IMG/VR virus record: IMGVR_UViG_3300044983_000039
Location: 1-41,481 of that record
Length of the DNA stretch: 41,481 nt
Source of the DNA: a virus
Taxonomy: Duplodnaviria > Caudoviricetes
Direction: 5' to 3' (one strand)
Shown: positions 27,986 through 36,015 of the stretch, piece after piece
Layout of the letters: each line of letters opens with the position of its first letter
Numbering within the stretch: the first letter of the stretch is position 1
Program-made: the position numbers and the translations under genes
The notes under the pieces: generated by a model
The model's input: the letters and a program-made list of their open reading frames with translations, nothing else
Told to the model about the DNA's origin: nothing
The model's database searches: none

Positions 27986-28135
27986 TTACTTTTTAGAATT
28001 GAAACTTTCGATTGCAAATTTCAGATTCGCATTCACCATTCTTGGTGTGGATATTTCCAGAGCTTTTTTAAAAAGGTAAAGAGCCTTGATGTCCGGGTCT
28101 TTTACTGCTCCATTTGTTTTAATATTTACTCTCAT
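27986..28135 (-). CDS. Hypothetical protein (49 aa), not in ORF track
   Basis: MRVNIKTNGAVKDPDIKALYLFKKALE... Confidence 0.5.
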   Translation of the reverse strand: MRVNIKTNGAVKDPDIKALYLFKKALEISTPRMVNANLKFAIESFNSKK

Positions 28136-28160
28136 ATCATTTCATTTAACACGTTACAAA

Positions 28161-28994
28161 TTACCTCCTACTTTTACCTTCCAAAACTATATAATTACAC
28201 ATTTCCCGTATTCGGTCCCTAACCCTGGTGCCGTACTTCTCTTCAATGCCTTTAGCGTCTAAATTCGTTGTAAAATGCGTCTGAATGAATGGGATTCGAT
28301 TTGAATAACGATTGAGTATGATTTCAGCCATAACGTTCTTATCCTCTCCAAATCGCTTCTGAGTGGTATTTTCACGGGTCCCAAGATCCTCGAAGCAGAT
28401 ACCAAGTGATTTATGTAGGTAAATTTCGTCATTAGGGGCTTGCTGTTGAGAGCTGTAATGCTCTATGATTCCAATGTCATTGATTGTATAAGGTTCCTTA
28501 GATCCATCGTTTACCCATTTGTTTTCAATTTTAGTGCATGATGGCATCATATAGCTTTGAAGTGGATTTCTTTGAAAGAATGCCATCAAATGCGTCTTGC
28601 CAACACCAACCGGACCACTCAGGCAAATACCTTTCGAAAGGGAAAGATTGTATTCGGTTTCAAAACGGGCGTCATTTGAAAAATAAAGGCAAAGCATGCG
28701 GACCACATTCTTATTTTGTTCATCAATTTTGAATGGTCCTCCGTGTGCGTTTAATGTCTTTTTTAAGCCTTCAAATGCCAATTGTGGGCTGAATTTAGGG
28801 ATAACAGGTATGGACCTAATGCGCTCGAAATATTTAGTTTGTTCGATTTCATTGTGCTTTTTCTCTCGGGCAACACGTAAAGCCTCTTCAGATTCTTCGA
28901 ACGTCAATTCGATGTGTTCAAAGAGGTTCTTGGTAGTTTTCTCCTCCGAGGATTTGGGGGCCAGCCTGTCTAATTCCTGTTTTAAAAGTCCCAT
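28161..28994 (-). CDS. DnaC-like AAA+ ATPase / helicase loader
   Basis: Walker A GPVGVGKT, Walker B ICFEDLG, THFTTNL, YGTRVRDRIREM. Confidence 0.88.
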   Translation of the reverse strand: MGLLKQELDRLAPKSSEEKTTKNLFEHIELTFEESEEALRVAREKKHNEIEQTKYFERIRSIPVIPKFSPQLAFEGLKKTLNAHGGPFKIDEQNKNVVRMLCLYFSNDARFETEYNLSLSKGICLSGPVGVGKTHLMAFFQRNPLQSYMMPSCTKIENKWVNDGSKEPYTINDIGIIEHYSSQQQAPNDEIYLHKSLGICFEDLGTRENTTQKRFGEDKNVMAEIILNRYSNRIPFIQTHFTTNLDAKGIEEKYGTRVRDRIREMCNYIVLEGKSRR

Positions 28995-29601
28995 TTGTTT
29001 TAGGTTTCGCGTTTCTTAATTGAGATTGTAGGGCAAGCCTTAATGCGGCCCCGTCATAATTTTCGTATTTAGTTGGTGATCCCCTCACCTTTTCAAAGAA
29101 TTTTTGGACTTGAAAATCAAAATCTATTGTCTTCCAATGCGATCTAATATCGCCTAGGTATGTATCACTAATCCCATATTTCAAATTTTCATTGACTCCT
29201 TTTAATATTTCTTCATTATCAAGATCAATATCAGTATGAAGGTTAGTGTTTGGGTTTTCTTTTGGGATATTGTTTGGGTTTGTTTCTGGCTTTTCTTCTT
29301 TTGGTCTACCTCCTTTTTTGCCGTTTTTACCTTGTTTATTCCAAAATGCCCTTACATTTTCCAATTTGATGTTGCGCAATTTTCCGGGTTCAAATTCTTC
29401 AAACTTGCATTTTAGCTTATCCCAAACCTTACCCACTTCAGGCTCTATCAAACAAAGCGTTTCAAAGTCCGATGGTAAAAATCCGTGATCGTATTGATGG
29501 ACCAATAAACCGATATAAACCCCCTTTACTTCAGCTCTCATCCCCTGAGTGCCGCGAATCCAATCGCCCATCATTAAAGGCATATAGGGTTTATTGGCCA
29601 C
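28918..29601 (-). CDS. Replication initiator (DUF1376/YdaU-like N-terminus)
   Basis: PYMPLMMGDW..GT..M.AE.KGVYI.LL..QY; NGKKGGRP; paired with the DnaC-like gene. Confidence 0.82.
   Translation of the reverse strand: MANKPYMPLMMGDWIRGTQGMRAEVKGVYIGLLVHQYDHGFLPSDFETLCLIEPEVGKVWDKLKCKFEEFEPGKLRNIKLENVRAFWNKQGKNGKKGGRPKEEKPETNPNNIPKENPNTNLHTDIDLDNEEILKGVNENLKYGISDTYLGDIRSHWKTIDFDFQVQKFFEKVRGSPTKYENYDGAALRLALQSQLRNAKPKTNGTFKTGIRQAGPQILGGENYQEPL
29237..29295. repeat. 12-bp-periodic TTTGGG repeats, candidate replication origin iterons
   Basis: TTTGGG at 29249, 29261, 29273 and TCTGGC at 29285 inside the initiator linker. Confidence 0.55.
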
Positions 29602-29941
29602 TTGCTTTCTTGATAAAATCGTTTGCTTGTTTTTCCATTAGTCCGCGAAGCAATCTAACATTGGTCTTAAGGCTCACTAAGGACTTATCCAATAGGCTTA
29701 ATTCATTAAGGATAGGAATGTCTGGACCGAATTTATGTTCTTTCTCATGGCACCTTTGGCAAAGTGTTATAAGGAACCAATCAGGATATTCCCATGCCAT
29801 CAATCCTTTTACGTATTTTTTGTGATGCACATTTAAATTTCGGCATGACATACAATTTTGACACATTCCAAAATCGCGCTGTTTAATATATTCACGCTTT
29901 TCGATCCAACGATAATCTAAAAGCTGTTCTGCGTATGTCAT
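29591..29941 (-). CDS. HNH endonuclease-like protein
   Basis: RW..KR..I..RD..CQNC, LNVHHKKY, LITLCQRCHEKEH. Confidence 0.85.
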   Translation of the reverse strand: MTYAEQLLDYRWIEKREYIKQRDFGMCQNCMSCRNLNVHHKKYVKGLMAWEYPDWFLITLCQRCHEKEHKFGPDIPILNELSLLDKSLVSLKTNVRLLRGLMEKQANDFIKKASGQ

Positions 29942-30165
29942 AAAAAAGATGTTTGATTCTTTGGCTGAACAAAAACCTTTGACTTCTTTAATCCTCGCTG
30001 TACTTTAATCTCATCGCACCAAATCTTATAAGGGTGCATTCGTCTTTCTCCCCAAGGATAAGCATCGCGCAAAGCCTTCCTTATTTCAGGTTCGGTTTTA
30101 CCTTTGCTTTCCTCAAGTGCTTTAGCTATTAAAGGCCGTGCGCTATCTCTCCAAGTACCTTTCAT
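29938..30165 (-). CDS. Conserved phage hypothetical protein
   Basis: ALRDAYPWGERRMHPYKIWCDE. Confidence 0.7.
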   Translation of the reverse strand: MKGTWRDSARPLIAKALEESKGKTEPEIRKALRDAYPWGERRMHPYKIWCDEIKVQRGLKKSKVFVQPKNQTSFL

Positions 30166-30329
30166 AGTTCCATAATTTGATCTAGTGTCGGAACTTTCAT
30201 TTTTAATCGTTTACATTCATTTCTTATTAGCATCCATGCCATCATTTTATCAGGAGCATTTGCAAATATGTCTGAATAATTATATTTTTTTAATCTGTTT
30301 GGATTTACTATTAAGGCACATTCTTTCAT
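30162..30329 (-). CDS. Hypothetical protein (55 aa), not in ORF track
   Basis: MKECALIVNPNRLKK...QIMEL; ATGA overlap with the next gene. Confidence 0.55.
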   Translation of the reverse strand: MKECALIVNPNRLKKYNYSDIFANAPDKMMAWMLIRNECKRLKMKVPTLDQIMEL

Positions 30330-30335
30330 TGGTAT

Positions 30336-30372
30336 AAAATAAAAAAGCCCGACTCGTGGAGGAGAATCGGGC
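30336..30372 (-). terminator. Intrinsic terminator
   Basis: GCCCGAUUC-UCCUCCAC-GAGUCGGGC followed by UUUUUUAUUUU on the - strand. Confidence 0.8.
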
Positions 30373-30441
30373 AGGGCTAAAGTGGTGTTAGTTACCTTGG
30401 CCTTACCCTTTGTCGTTTACCTCCACAGTTAACAACAAAGG
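30341..30441 (-). ncRNA. Candidate structured RNA with kissing loops
   Basis: Hairpin 30407..30441 with GUGGAGG loop is complementary to the CCUCCAC loop of the terminator hairpin. Confidence 0.55.
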
Positions 30442-30451
30442 ATATATTTAG

Positions 30452-30527
30452 TAGCGGGTGCTGGATTTGAACCAACGATTTCTGGGTTATGAGCCCAGCG
30501 AGAACGACCTGACTTCTCCAACCCGCA
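30452..30527 (-). tRNA. tRNA-Met(CAT), initiator (fMet) type
   Basis: Cloverleaf; CTCATAA anticodon loop, GGG/CCC anticodon stem, unpaired 1:72, GGTTCAAATCC T-arm; CCA not encoded. Confidence 0.93.
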
Positions 30528-30530
30528 AGA

Positions 30531-30560
30531 CAAAAGTAATAATTCTTATCACATCACAAA
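30531..30560 (-). promoter_or_regulatory. Bacteroidota-type primary sigma promoter for the tRNA
   Basis: TTTG-N18-TACTTTTG ending 3 nt before the tRNA 5' end. Confidence 0.75.
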
Positions 30561-30578
30561 ACAAATAGTAGAAAAAAA

Positions 30579-30756
30579 TCATAAAATACATTCAACAATA
30601 TTGGGAAGTTTAATTCCGGCCTTATAATAGGATGTGACATTAACGGTTGCCTCAAATCTCTTAATTCTTGGAGGTGTTGTGACTTCCTTTTTAAGTCCGC
30701 ATGTTGCAACATTCCCAATTATGGGATGATGTTTTAATCCATGTATGCCGTTTCAT
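30579..30756 (-). pseudogene. Frameshifted small Zn-binding-like gene
   Basis: MKRHTWIKTSSHNWEC / ATCGLKKEV...IVECIL join into 58 aa with CxxCG if one T is removed near 30708. Confidence 0.5.
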
Positions 30757-30852
30757 AAATCCAAACTTTCCATCCACTTATTAAAAGACTCTTCAAATTC
30801 TTCGTATGTTCCCCTTTTTAAGGTTTAAGGTCAAATAGATCGTTGCGGAGTC

Positions 30853-31110
30853 TCATTGCTTTTCTAATTGGTAAGCAAGCACATCTGCAATCATCCAATC
30901 GGGCATTTCTTCGGGCGAATCTAATTCTATATTCCCTTTGTTCCAAGCACTGGCATCCCTCATAAATAGCTCCTTTTGTTCGTCTGTCCAAGTTGCCAAT
31001 ATTTCCATAACATCATCATCGAGATCATTACATCCATTGTTTGAAAGTGATTCTGAATATTGTTTTAGGAAGTGCGCTGCTAATTTTGTTTCAATAGATA
31101 AAGGTTTCAT
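30853..31110 (-). CDS. Hypothetical acidic protein
   Basis: 85 aa, LSNNGCNDL motif. Confidence 0.7.
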   Translation of the reverse strand: MKPLSIETKLAAHFLKQYSESLSNNGCNDLDDDVMEILATWTDEQKELFMRDASAWNKGNIELDSPEEMPDWMIADVLAYQLEKQ

Positions 31111-31147
31111 TTGTTAAGGTTTAAGGTTATGGATTCATTTCGAAGTC

Positions 31148-32128
31148 TCATATTAAACTAAGTTGTGATTTCTTAGTCAGTGATTCGATATTTGAAAGAT
31201 TTTTAATTGCCTGTTTGTAATATGTATCTTTCAATTCAATTCCTATTGCCCTACGTCCCAAGCGGACAGGACTATAAACCTCACTACCAACGCCCATGAA
31301 AGGAGTTAAAACAATTTCGTCAGGATTGGACCATAATTCAACACAACGATCAATAACATCTAATTGCAGTGGATGAACGTGCTTTTCATCATCTTCGTCT
31401 TTACTTTCTTTGTATTGCAAAACTTCATCGATTCTAATATCATCCCAAACGCTAGAGGCGTAACGCTGCCAAATGATATGACTTAATTTATTTGTTTTGG
31501 GATCTTCCCAACCCAAATATTTAGCCCTTAATTGTTCATAGGTTCCATACTTTTCTAGCATATCTGGAAGTACAGGAATTTCACCAGCATAATGACTTAG
31601 TCCAACAGGATGAGTAACAGGTACTAAATTTTCTCCTTTCCTTTTGAAAACTAGCATGTAGTCAGGCATAGCTGTAAAGCATTCGGTAGAATCCTCGACT
31701 ATGAGTTTATGCATAAGGCTTCGGACCATTGTGCGCATCCTCACCTTTAATGGTTCTTTCCAAATAGTTATCTGGTCCTTCCAAGTGAAGCCATATTTTT
31801 GATGTAATTTTATTACCTCATTAGGAAAATTCCACATGTCACCCGTCTTTGAATCTTTGATGTTTGTAACGTGTACAGCTGTGATTCTCCCGGGTTTTGT
31901 GATTCGACCGATTTCTTTTACCAAAAATTCATATTGCTCTAAAAATTGTTCGCGAGTTTCACAGTTACTAAAATCATTTTCGCTCGAGCTGTAATTATAA
32001 AGTCCAGCAAATGGAGGTGAGTAAACCGAAAGATCAATGGATTCATTTGATAATTCAGGTAGCACATGCATGCAATCACCGTTATAAATGGCGTATTGAT
32101 CGGTAATTAATTGGTCCTTAACGTTCAT
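31148..32128 (-). CDS. DNA amino-methyltransferase (beta class, SPPF, probably N4-C)
   Basis: GDC, VYSPPF motif IV, HVHPLQLD, VLTPFMGVGSE motif I, GIELK. Confidence 0.92.
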   Translation of the reverse strand: MNVKDQLITDQYAIYNGDCMHVLPELSNESIDLSVYSPPFAGLYNYSSSENDFSNCETREQFLEQYEFLVKEIGRITKPGRITAVHVTNIKDSKTGDMWNFPNEVIKLHQKYGFTWKDQITIWKEPLKVRMRTMVRSLMHKLIVEDSTECFTAMPDYMLVFKRKGENLVPVTHPVGLSHYAGEIPVLPDMLEKYGTYEQLRAKYLGWEDPKTNKLSHIIWQRYASSVWDDIRIDEVLQYKESKDEDDEKHVHPLQLDVIDRCVELWSNPDEIVLTPFMGVGSEVYSPVRLGRRAIGIELKDTYYKQAIKNLSNIESLTKKSQLSLI

Positions 32129-33489
32129 AAGAAAGCAGGTTTTAAGATTGGTTTGTTGAACTCTTTATTTTTGATATCAAACTTTTGATTGATGTTAACA
32201 TTCAGTTTGTCGAACAATTGATTTGCCTTTTCAGTCTTTGCCATTAAAGAATCTAAAACCCTTTTTTGTCCATCTGAAAAAACAAGGTCAACGATTACTT
32301 CTTTAGTCTGGCCGAATCTCCAAAACCGTCTTATCGCTTGGTAGTATTGCTCATAAGAGAAAGTCGGGAAATAAACTGTGTGGTTACAGTGCTGCCAGTT
32401 CAAACCGAAAGCAGTCATCTTTGGCTTTGTGATTAGCTTTTTAATATGGCCTTGAAAGAATCCGATCAATAATTCTTCCTTTTTGTCTAGGTCCATTGAA
32501 CCCTTAATCTGATAGGCATCATCATCCATGTCCTCAATCAAATCTCCCTCGTTATTTAGGTTACACCAATAGACAGAAGTTTCATGATGGTTGGATAATT
32601 GCACTGCCATCTCGCAACGCTTTTCAATTGTGAGTTTATTTTCTTCGCGGACCTCTGTAAGTCTTTTTGCAATCTGGTTGAATAGCATTATTTGCCCATC
32701 AATAACCATATTCCTTTCGTTCTTAACCGAATGATAGTTAACTGTCAATGGAGGCAAAATATGCTTACTGTCATCAAATCCTAAGTCACTAGGCTTGCGC
32801 ATTGAAATGGACCAACCTGATACCCATTTAAAAAAGTTCTCTTTAGCGTGTCCCTTTAAAATCCATTCTGTTCCGATATTCATAGGGCTAATTGTGTCCT
32901 CATTGTTTGTGAAGAAACGTGTGAGCATATCTGTATAACCTAAATAACCCAAAGCCTCCGAACTGGTCCCAAGTTCTGTAAAATCATTTGGAGATGGAGT
33001 AGCTGTGAATAAATAACGGTACTTGACACGCTTTAAAAAACTTGTGACTTGGTTTTTAATTGCACCCTCAAAGTTTTTAAGAATAGAGCTTTCATCCAAA
33101 ATAACGCAATCAAAATCGGAACTATTGAACTTATCAAGACGTTCATAATTACAGACAACTATCTTTTTAGTAAATGTTCCATCTTTAGAATATTCGATAT
33201 CATCAATATCAAACTTCTTTGCTTCTTTAATAAACTGAAAGGCAACTGCCAAAGGGCAAATAATTAGGACCGGCTTATTAGTCGAATGAATATAGTTCTT
33301 TGCGGTTACTAATTCTATAAGCGTTTTACCCAATCCAGTATCAAGGAAACAAGCTGCGCGACCCTTTTTAATGATGTGATTAGCAACATACTTTTGGTAA
33401 TCAAACATTGAATCAGGCATGAACTCTGGTTCTATTCCAAAGTTTCCAATTGAGTGTTGTTTGCTTTCTAAAAATTGTTCGTATGTCAT
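32125..33489 (-). CDS. SF2 (SNF2-like) helicase
   Basis: DTGLGKT, ILDESS, TATPSPND, QAIRRFWRFGQ; start reassigned to MTYEQFL. Confidence 0.9.
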   Translation of the reverse strand: MTYEQFLESKQHSIGNFGIEPEFMPDSMFDYQKYVANHIIKKGRAACFLDTGLGKTLIELVTAKNYIHSTNKPVLIICPLAVAFQFIKEAKKFDIDDIEYSKDGTFTKKIVVCNYERLDKFNSSDFDCVILDESSILKNFEGAIKNQVTSFLKRVKYRYLFTATPSPNDFTELGTSSEALGYLGYTDMLTRFFTNNEDTISPMNIGTEWILKGHAKENFFKWVSGWSISMRKPSDLGFDDSKHILPPLTVNYHSVKNERNMVIDGQIMLFNQIAKRLTEVREENKLTIEKRCEMAVQLSNHHETSVYWCNLNNEGDLIEDMDDDAYQIKGSMDLDKKEELLIGFFQGHIKKLITKPKMTAFGLNWQHCNHTVYFPTFSYEQYYQAIRRFWRFGQTKEVIVDLVFSDGQKRVLDSLMAKTEKANQLFDKLNVNINQKFDIKNKEFNKPILKPAFL

Positions 33490-33674
33490 TTCACAACAAT
33501 TGAAGTAATAAACAGTAAAGCTATTGCAAACATAGCACCGATTAAGCAAGTGAAAACGGCAGCGATTAAAGGATTGAAGCCGAAAACTTTTTGCCATTGG
33601 CTTTCCTTGAACTTCCTTAATCTCTGTTCCTGTTCTCGGTATTCTAGGATGGTCTTTAGGTCTAGGTGGGTCAT
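33486..33674 (-). CDS. Small membrane protein
   Basis: MTHLDLK..., C-terminal TM. Confidence 0.55.
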   Translation of the reverse strand: MTHLDLKTILEYREQEQRLRKFKESQWQKVFGFNPLIAAVFTCLIGAMFAIALLFITSIVVK

Positions 33675-33675
33675 A

Positions 33676-34458
33676 CTATTCTTTTTTGAATAATTGGATT
33701 GGCATTTGTCCATAAAGAGGCGTTTTCCCGTCCCACTTTTCAATGAATTGTTCTTGCAAAAGTTGCTGAGTTATACCGCGACTGCGTATTAAATTCTGTT
33801 CGGTTTTAAGGGCTTCCAATTCATTGCGTTTTCTCTGCTCAATTATTTGCTGATCAATAACGCTGATATTAGTATTAACCTCATTACGATTATCTATTTT
33901 AGAAGTAACCTTTTGACTGAATTGTAAGTTCGCACTGAAGGTGATTAATTCTAACCCCGCAGTTTCAAAGGCTTTTTTAATAATTACTTCGCAACGTCTT
34001 TCAAATTTCAAACTTCCACCTGTCGCCATTAGAGTATCAGTGGGATATTTCCTTGATTCTTCTTTTATTAGATCGTAAATGTGAGGCTCTAAGATATTAT
34101 CCTCTAAGTTGTGCATAAACTCATCGCCCGAACCAAGACGAGCATTTTGAAAAACAACATCAATACTTCTAGATTCAATTACTTTATAAGAATAAAGTGG
34201 ATGAGCTGTGAAATTAGTATTATCAGCAGCTTTAAGTTCAAGCCCTCCGTCATTGAATTTTCCCCGTTGTTCAAATGCTGGAACTTGAAATAATTCTGTT
34301 CCTGGAGCCATTACATTTACTCTCCCTTGTTGTCTGGAATAATCTGATTTACCATTTTTACCATAGCTCTCCATAAGAACGCCATAATAATTTGGCGCAA
34401 CTCTTTCGCATGATGCGAGAACAATTACAAGCGCGATGGCGATGATTGATTTTTTCAT
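33676..34458 (-). CDS. SPFH/band 7 domain lipoprotein
   Basis: Signal MKKSIIAIALVIVLASC (lipobox), RVAPNYYGV, EKWDGKTP. Confidence 0.85.
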   Translation of the reverse strand: MKKSIIAIALVIVLASCERVAPNYYGVLMESYGKNGKSDYSRQQGRVNVMAPGTELFQVPAFEQRGKFNDGGLELKAADNTNFTAHPLYSYKVIESRSIDVVFQNARLGSGDEFMHNLEDNILEPHIYDLIKEESRKYPTDTLMATGGSLKFERRCEVIIKKAFETAGLELITFSANLQFSQKVTSKIDNRNEVNTNISVIDQQIIEQRKRNELEALKTEQNLIRSRGITQQLLQEQFIEKWDGKTPLYGQMPIQLFKKE

Positions 34459-34598
34459 TTGTTTTTTAGTTTTAAAATTAATATTAGGACAAGAAAAGGT
34501 AATAGGATAGCCAACCATACATTCACATGGTTAAAAATCCAAGTGTCGGCAAAGCCAAATAAGCAAGTGCCAATAAAGTACATTAATAATTTGTTCAT
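34455..34598 (-). CDS. Small 2-TM protein (47 aa) coupled to the SPFH gene, not in ORF track
   Basis: MNKLLMYFIGTCLFGFADTWIFNHVNVWLAILLPFLVLILILKLKNK. Confidence 0.6.
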   Translation of the reverse strand: MNKLLMYFIGTCLFGFADTWIFNHVNVWLAILLPFLVLILILKLKNK

Positions 34599-34693
34599 AA
34601 TTCACCAGTTTAAATCTTTATCAAAGTCATTGAAATAATAAAATACTAAGCTCATGTAAGCTAAGAATAAAAGCGGAGGAAGGAGAATGAGTA

Positions 34694-34984
34694 TCATACG
34701 TGTATTGATTTTAGTTTCAATTTAGCTCCTTCTATTGTGAACTTTTCAGTTCTGAGAAGGTATTTTATTTGATGAAATTGAGCCACTGAAGCTCTAGGAT
34801 AATGCCATGTGTGACTACCTGCTTTCCTATAAACTTCAAACTGTGAAGCCCAAAAGCGAACTGTTGTAGCCGTCTCGCTAATTATTTTTCCTATCTGAGG
34901 AGCTGTAAAATAAACCTGTTGAATAGGTTCGTTAATCCTAAGCGTTTTTACATATTTTATTTGGCCTCCCTGATAGACTTTCAT
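34694..34984 (-). CDS. MerR-like helix-turn-helix protein
   Basis: YFTAPQIG...TVRFW..QF...IKYLL..EKFTIEGAK. Confidence 0.8.
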   Translation of the reverse strand: MKVYQGGQIKYVKTLRINEPIQQVYFTAPQIGKIISETATTVRFWASQFEVYRKAGSHTWHYPRASVAQFHQIKYLLRTEKFTIEGAKLKLKSIHV

Positions 34985-35074
34985 GCAAAATAATATTCAG
35001 AATATCGTTTACCGTTTTTATTTGTCACTAACCTGGATTGAATAGGATAACCAAGATTATAATTTCATTCTGCG

Positions 35075-35266
35075 TCATTTGGTATTGATTAAATTCAACA
35101 TCATGCGATTTGGATGCTCGAACGTTAAAATAAGCTTATCTAAGCGTTCTCTTGTTTCTTTTGAATAGATGTCACTATCGTACCAGAATCTATTAGTAAG
35201 CCAAAAGCCGCGTCTTAAATAAGGATGGCGCGCGCTTTCCGATGAACTTGCTTTGTTTGCTTTCAT
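35075..35266 (-). CDS. Hypothetical protein
   Basis: 63-aa ORF coupled to ninG. Confidence 0.5.
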   Translation of the reverse strand: MKANKASSSESARHPYLRRGFWLTNRFWYDSDIYSKETRERLDKLILTFEHPNRMMLNLINTK

Positions 35267-35661
35267 AAATGCTTTTCTTGTTTAAGCCTTTTAACTTCTA
35301 CTTTGTAGTATTCAGTCAATGCAATTATTATAACTCGCCCTAAATCTGCTCTTTGTTTGCTTGCAATTAAAAGTTCTTCGGGTGTATTTTGTCCGTACTT
35401 AGTCCTAAGAGCAACCGAATAAGCATAACTATTCCCGTGTAAAAACTTATTACAATGAGTGCATTGGCCGTTAACGTTTTTCTCATTGTATTTGGTGGCC
35501 AGAGAGCTACCAACAGCGATAAAATGCCCCGCGCTAAGATCACCATCATTCCAAACATGAGGACGACCACAAGATATACAGCGAACAATACCATCAAAAG
35601 GCGAAGCATCCCTAAGCCTAATAAATTGACTAAACCATTTCCAAAGTGTAGCATCACTCAT
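35263..35661 (-). CDS. ninG: NinG/Rap-like recombination endonuclease
   Basis: FSQFIRLRD, CISCG, AGHF, NVNGQC..CN..LHGN. Confidence 0.9.
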   Translation of the reverse strand: MSDATLWKWFSQFIRLRDASPFDGIVRCISCGRPHVWNDGDLSAGHFIAVGSSLATKYNEKNVNGQCTHCNKFLHGNSYAYSVALRTKYGQNTPEELLIASKQRADLGRVIIIALTEYYKVEVKRLKQEKHL

Positions 35662-36014
35662 GGGTTTAAATTTGCTTTGTAACTGTTAGTAATCAATTCC
35701 ATCTTAGCGCGATAATAAGAATCTGAGTCTGGATAGCCTTCTGGCTTTTGTTCCCAACAACGATAAAGAACATCATGAAGTCTTTTGCTCGGTGTCTTAC
35801 CTACAATTTCAGGCTCAAGGCCATCAATCATTTTCCTTTCGTTAACTTCTATTTGCTTGGCACTGACATAGCAGTAAGCCACTTTGTTTCTAAGGCTGAA
35901 AATTTCCCCTGCTTTGCCTTGTGAAAGCTCTGGAGTGGTTAAAGTGATAGATACACTACCGTCAACGTGAGTGCGTATAGTGCCTATTTGTGCTGTGATT
36001 AAAGTTCCCTCCAT
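35658..36014 (-). CDS. Conserved phage hypothetical protein
   Basis: KTPSKRLHDVLY..WEQ...YY..KME. Confidence 0.7.
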   Translation of the reverse strand: MEGTLITAQIGTIRTHVDGSVSITLTTPELSQGKAGEIFSLRNKVAYCYVSAKQIEVNERKMIDGLEPEIVGKTPSKRLHDVLYRCWEQKPEGYPDSDSYYRAKMELITNSYKANLNP

Positions 36015-36015
36015 A

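Noticed and set aside
30373-30404. Middle hairpin of the tRNA trailer as part of the - strand structure
   Set aside because: It pairs well only on the + strand (G:U) and has A:C mismatches on the - strand, so it was not counted as support.
30452-30527. tRNA as attP or a host chromosome remnant
   Set aside because: It is complete, has its own promoter, is flanked by phage genes, and no integrase or duplicated 3' end is seen.
33490-33597. Cys-rich N-terminal extension of the helicase
   Set aside because: It overlaps the upstream membrane gene; ATGA coupling supports the start at 33489.
34694-34984. MerR-like gene as an excisionase proving lysogeny
   Set aside because: No recombinase partner found; it resembles stand-alone MerR-type regulators.
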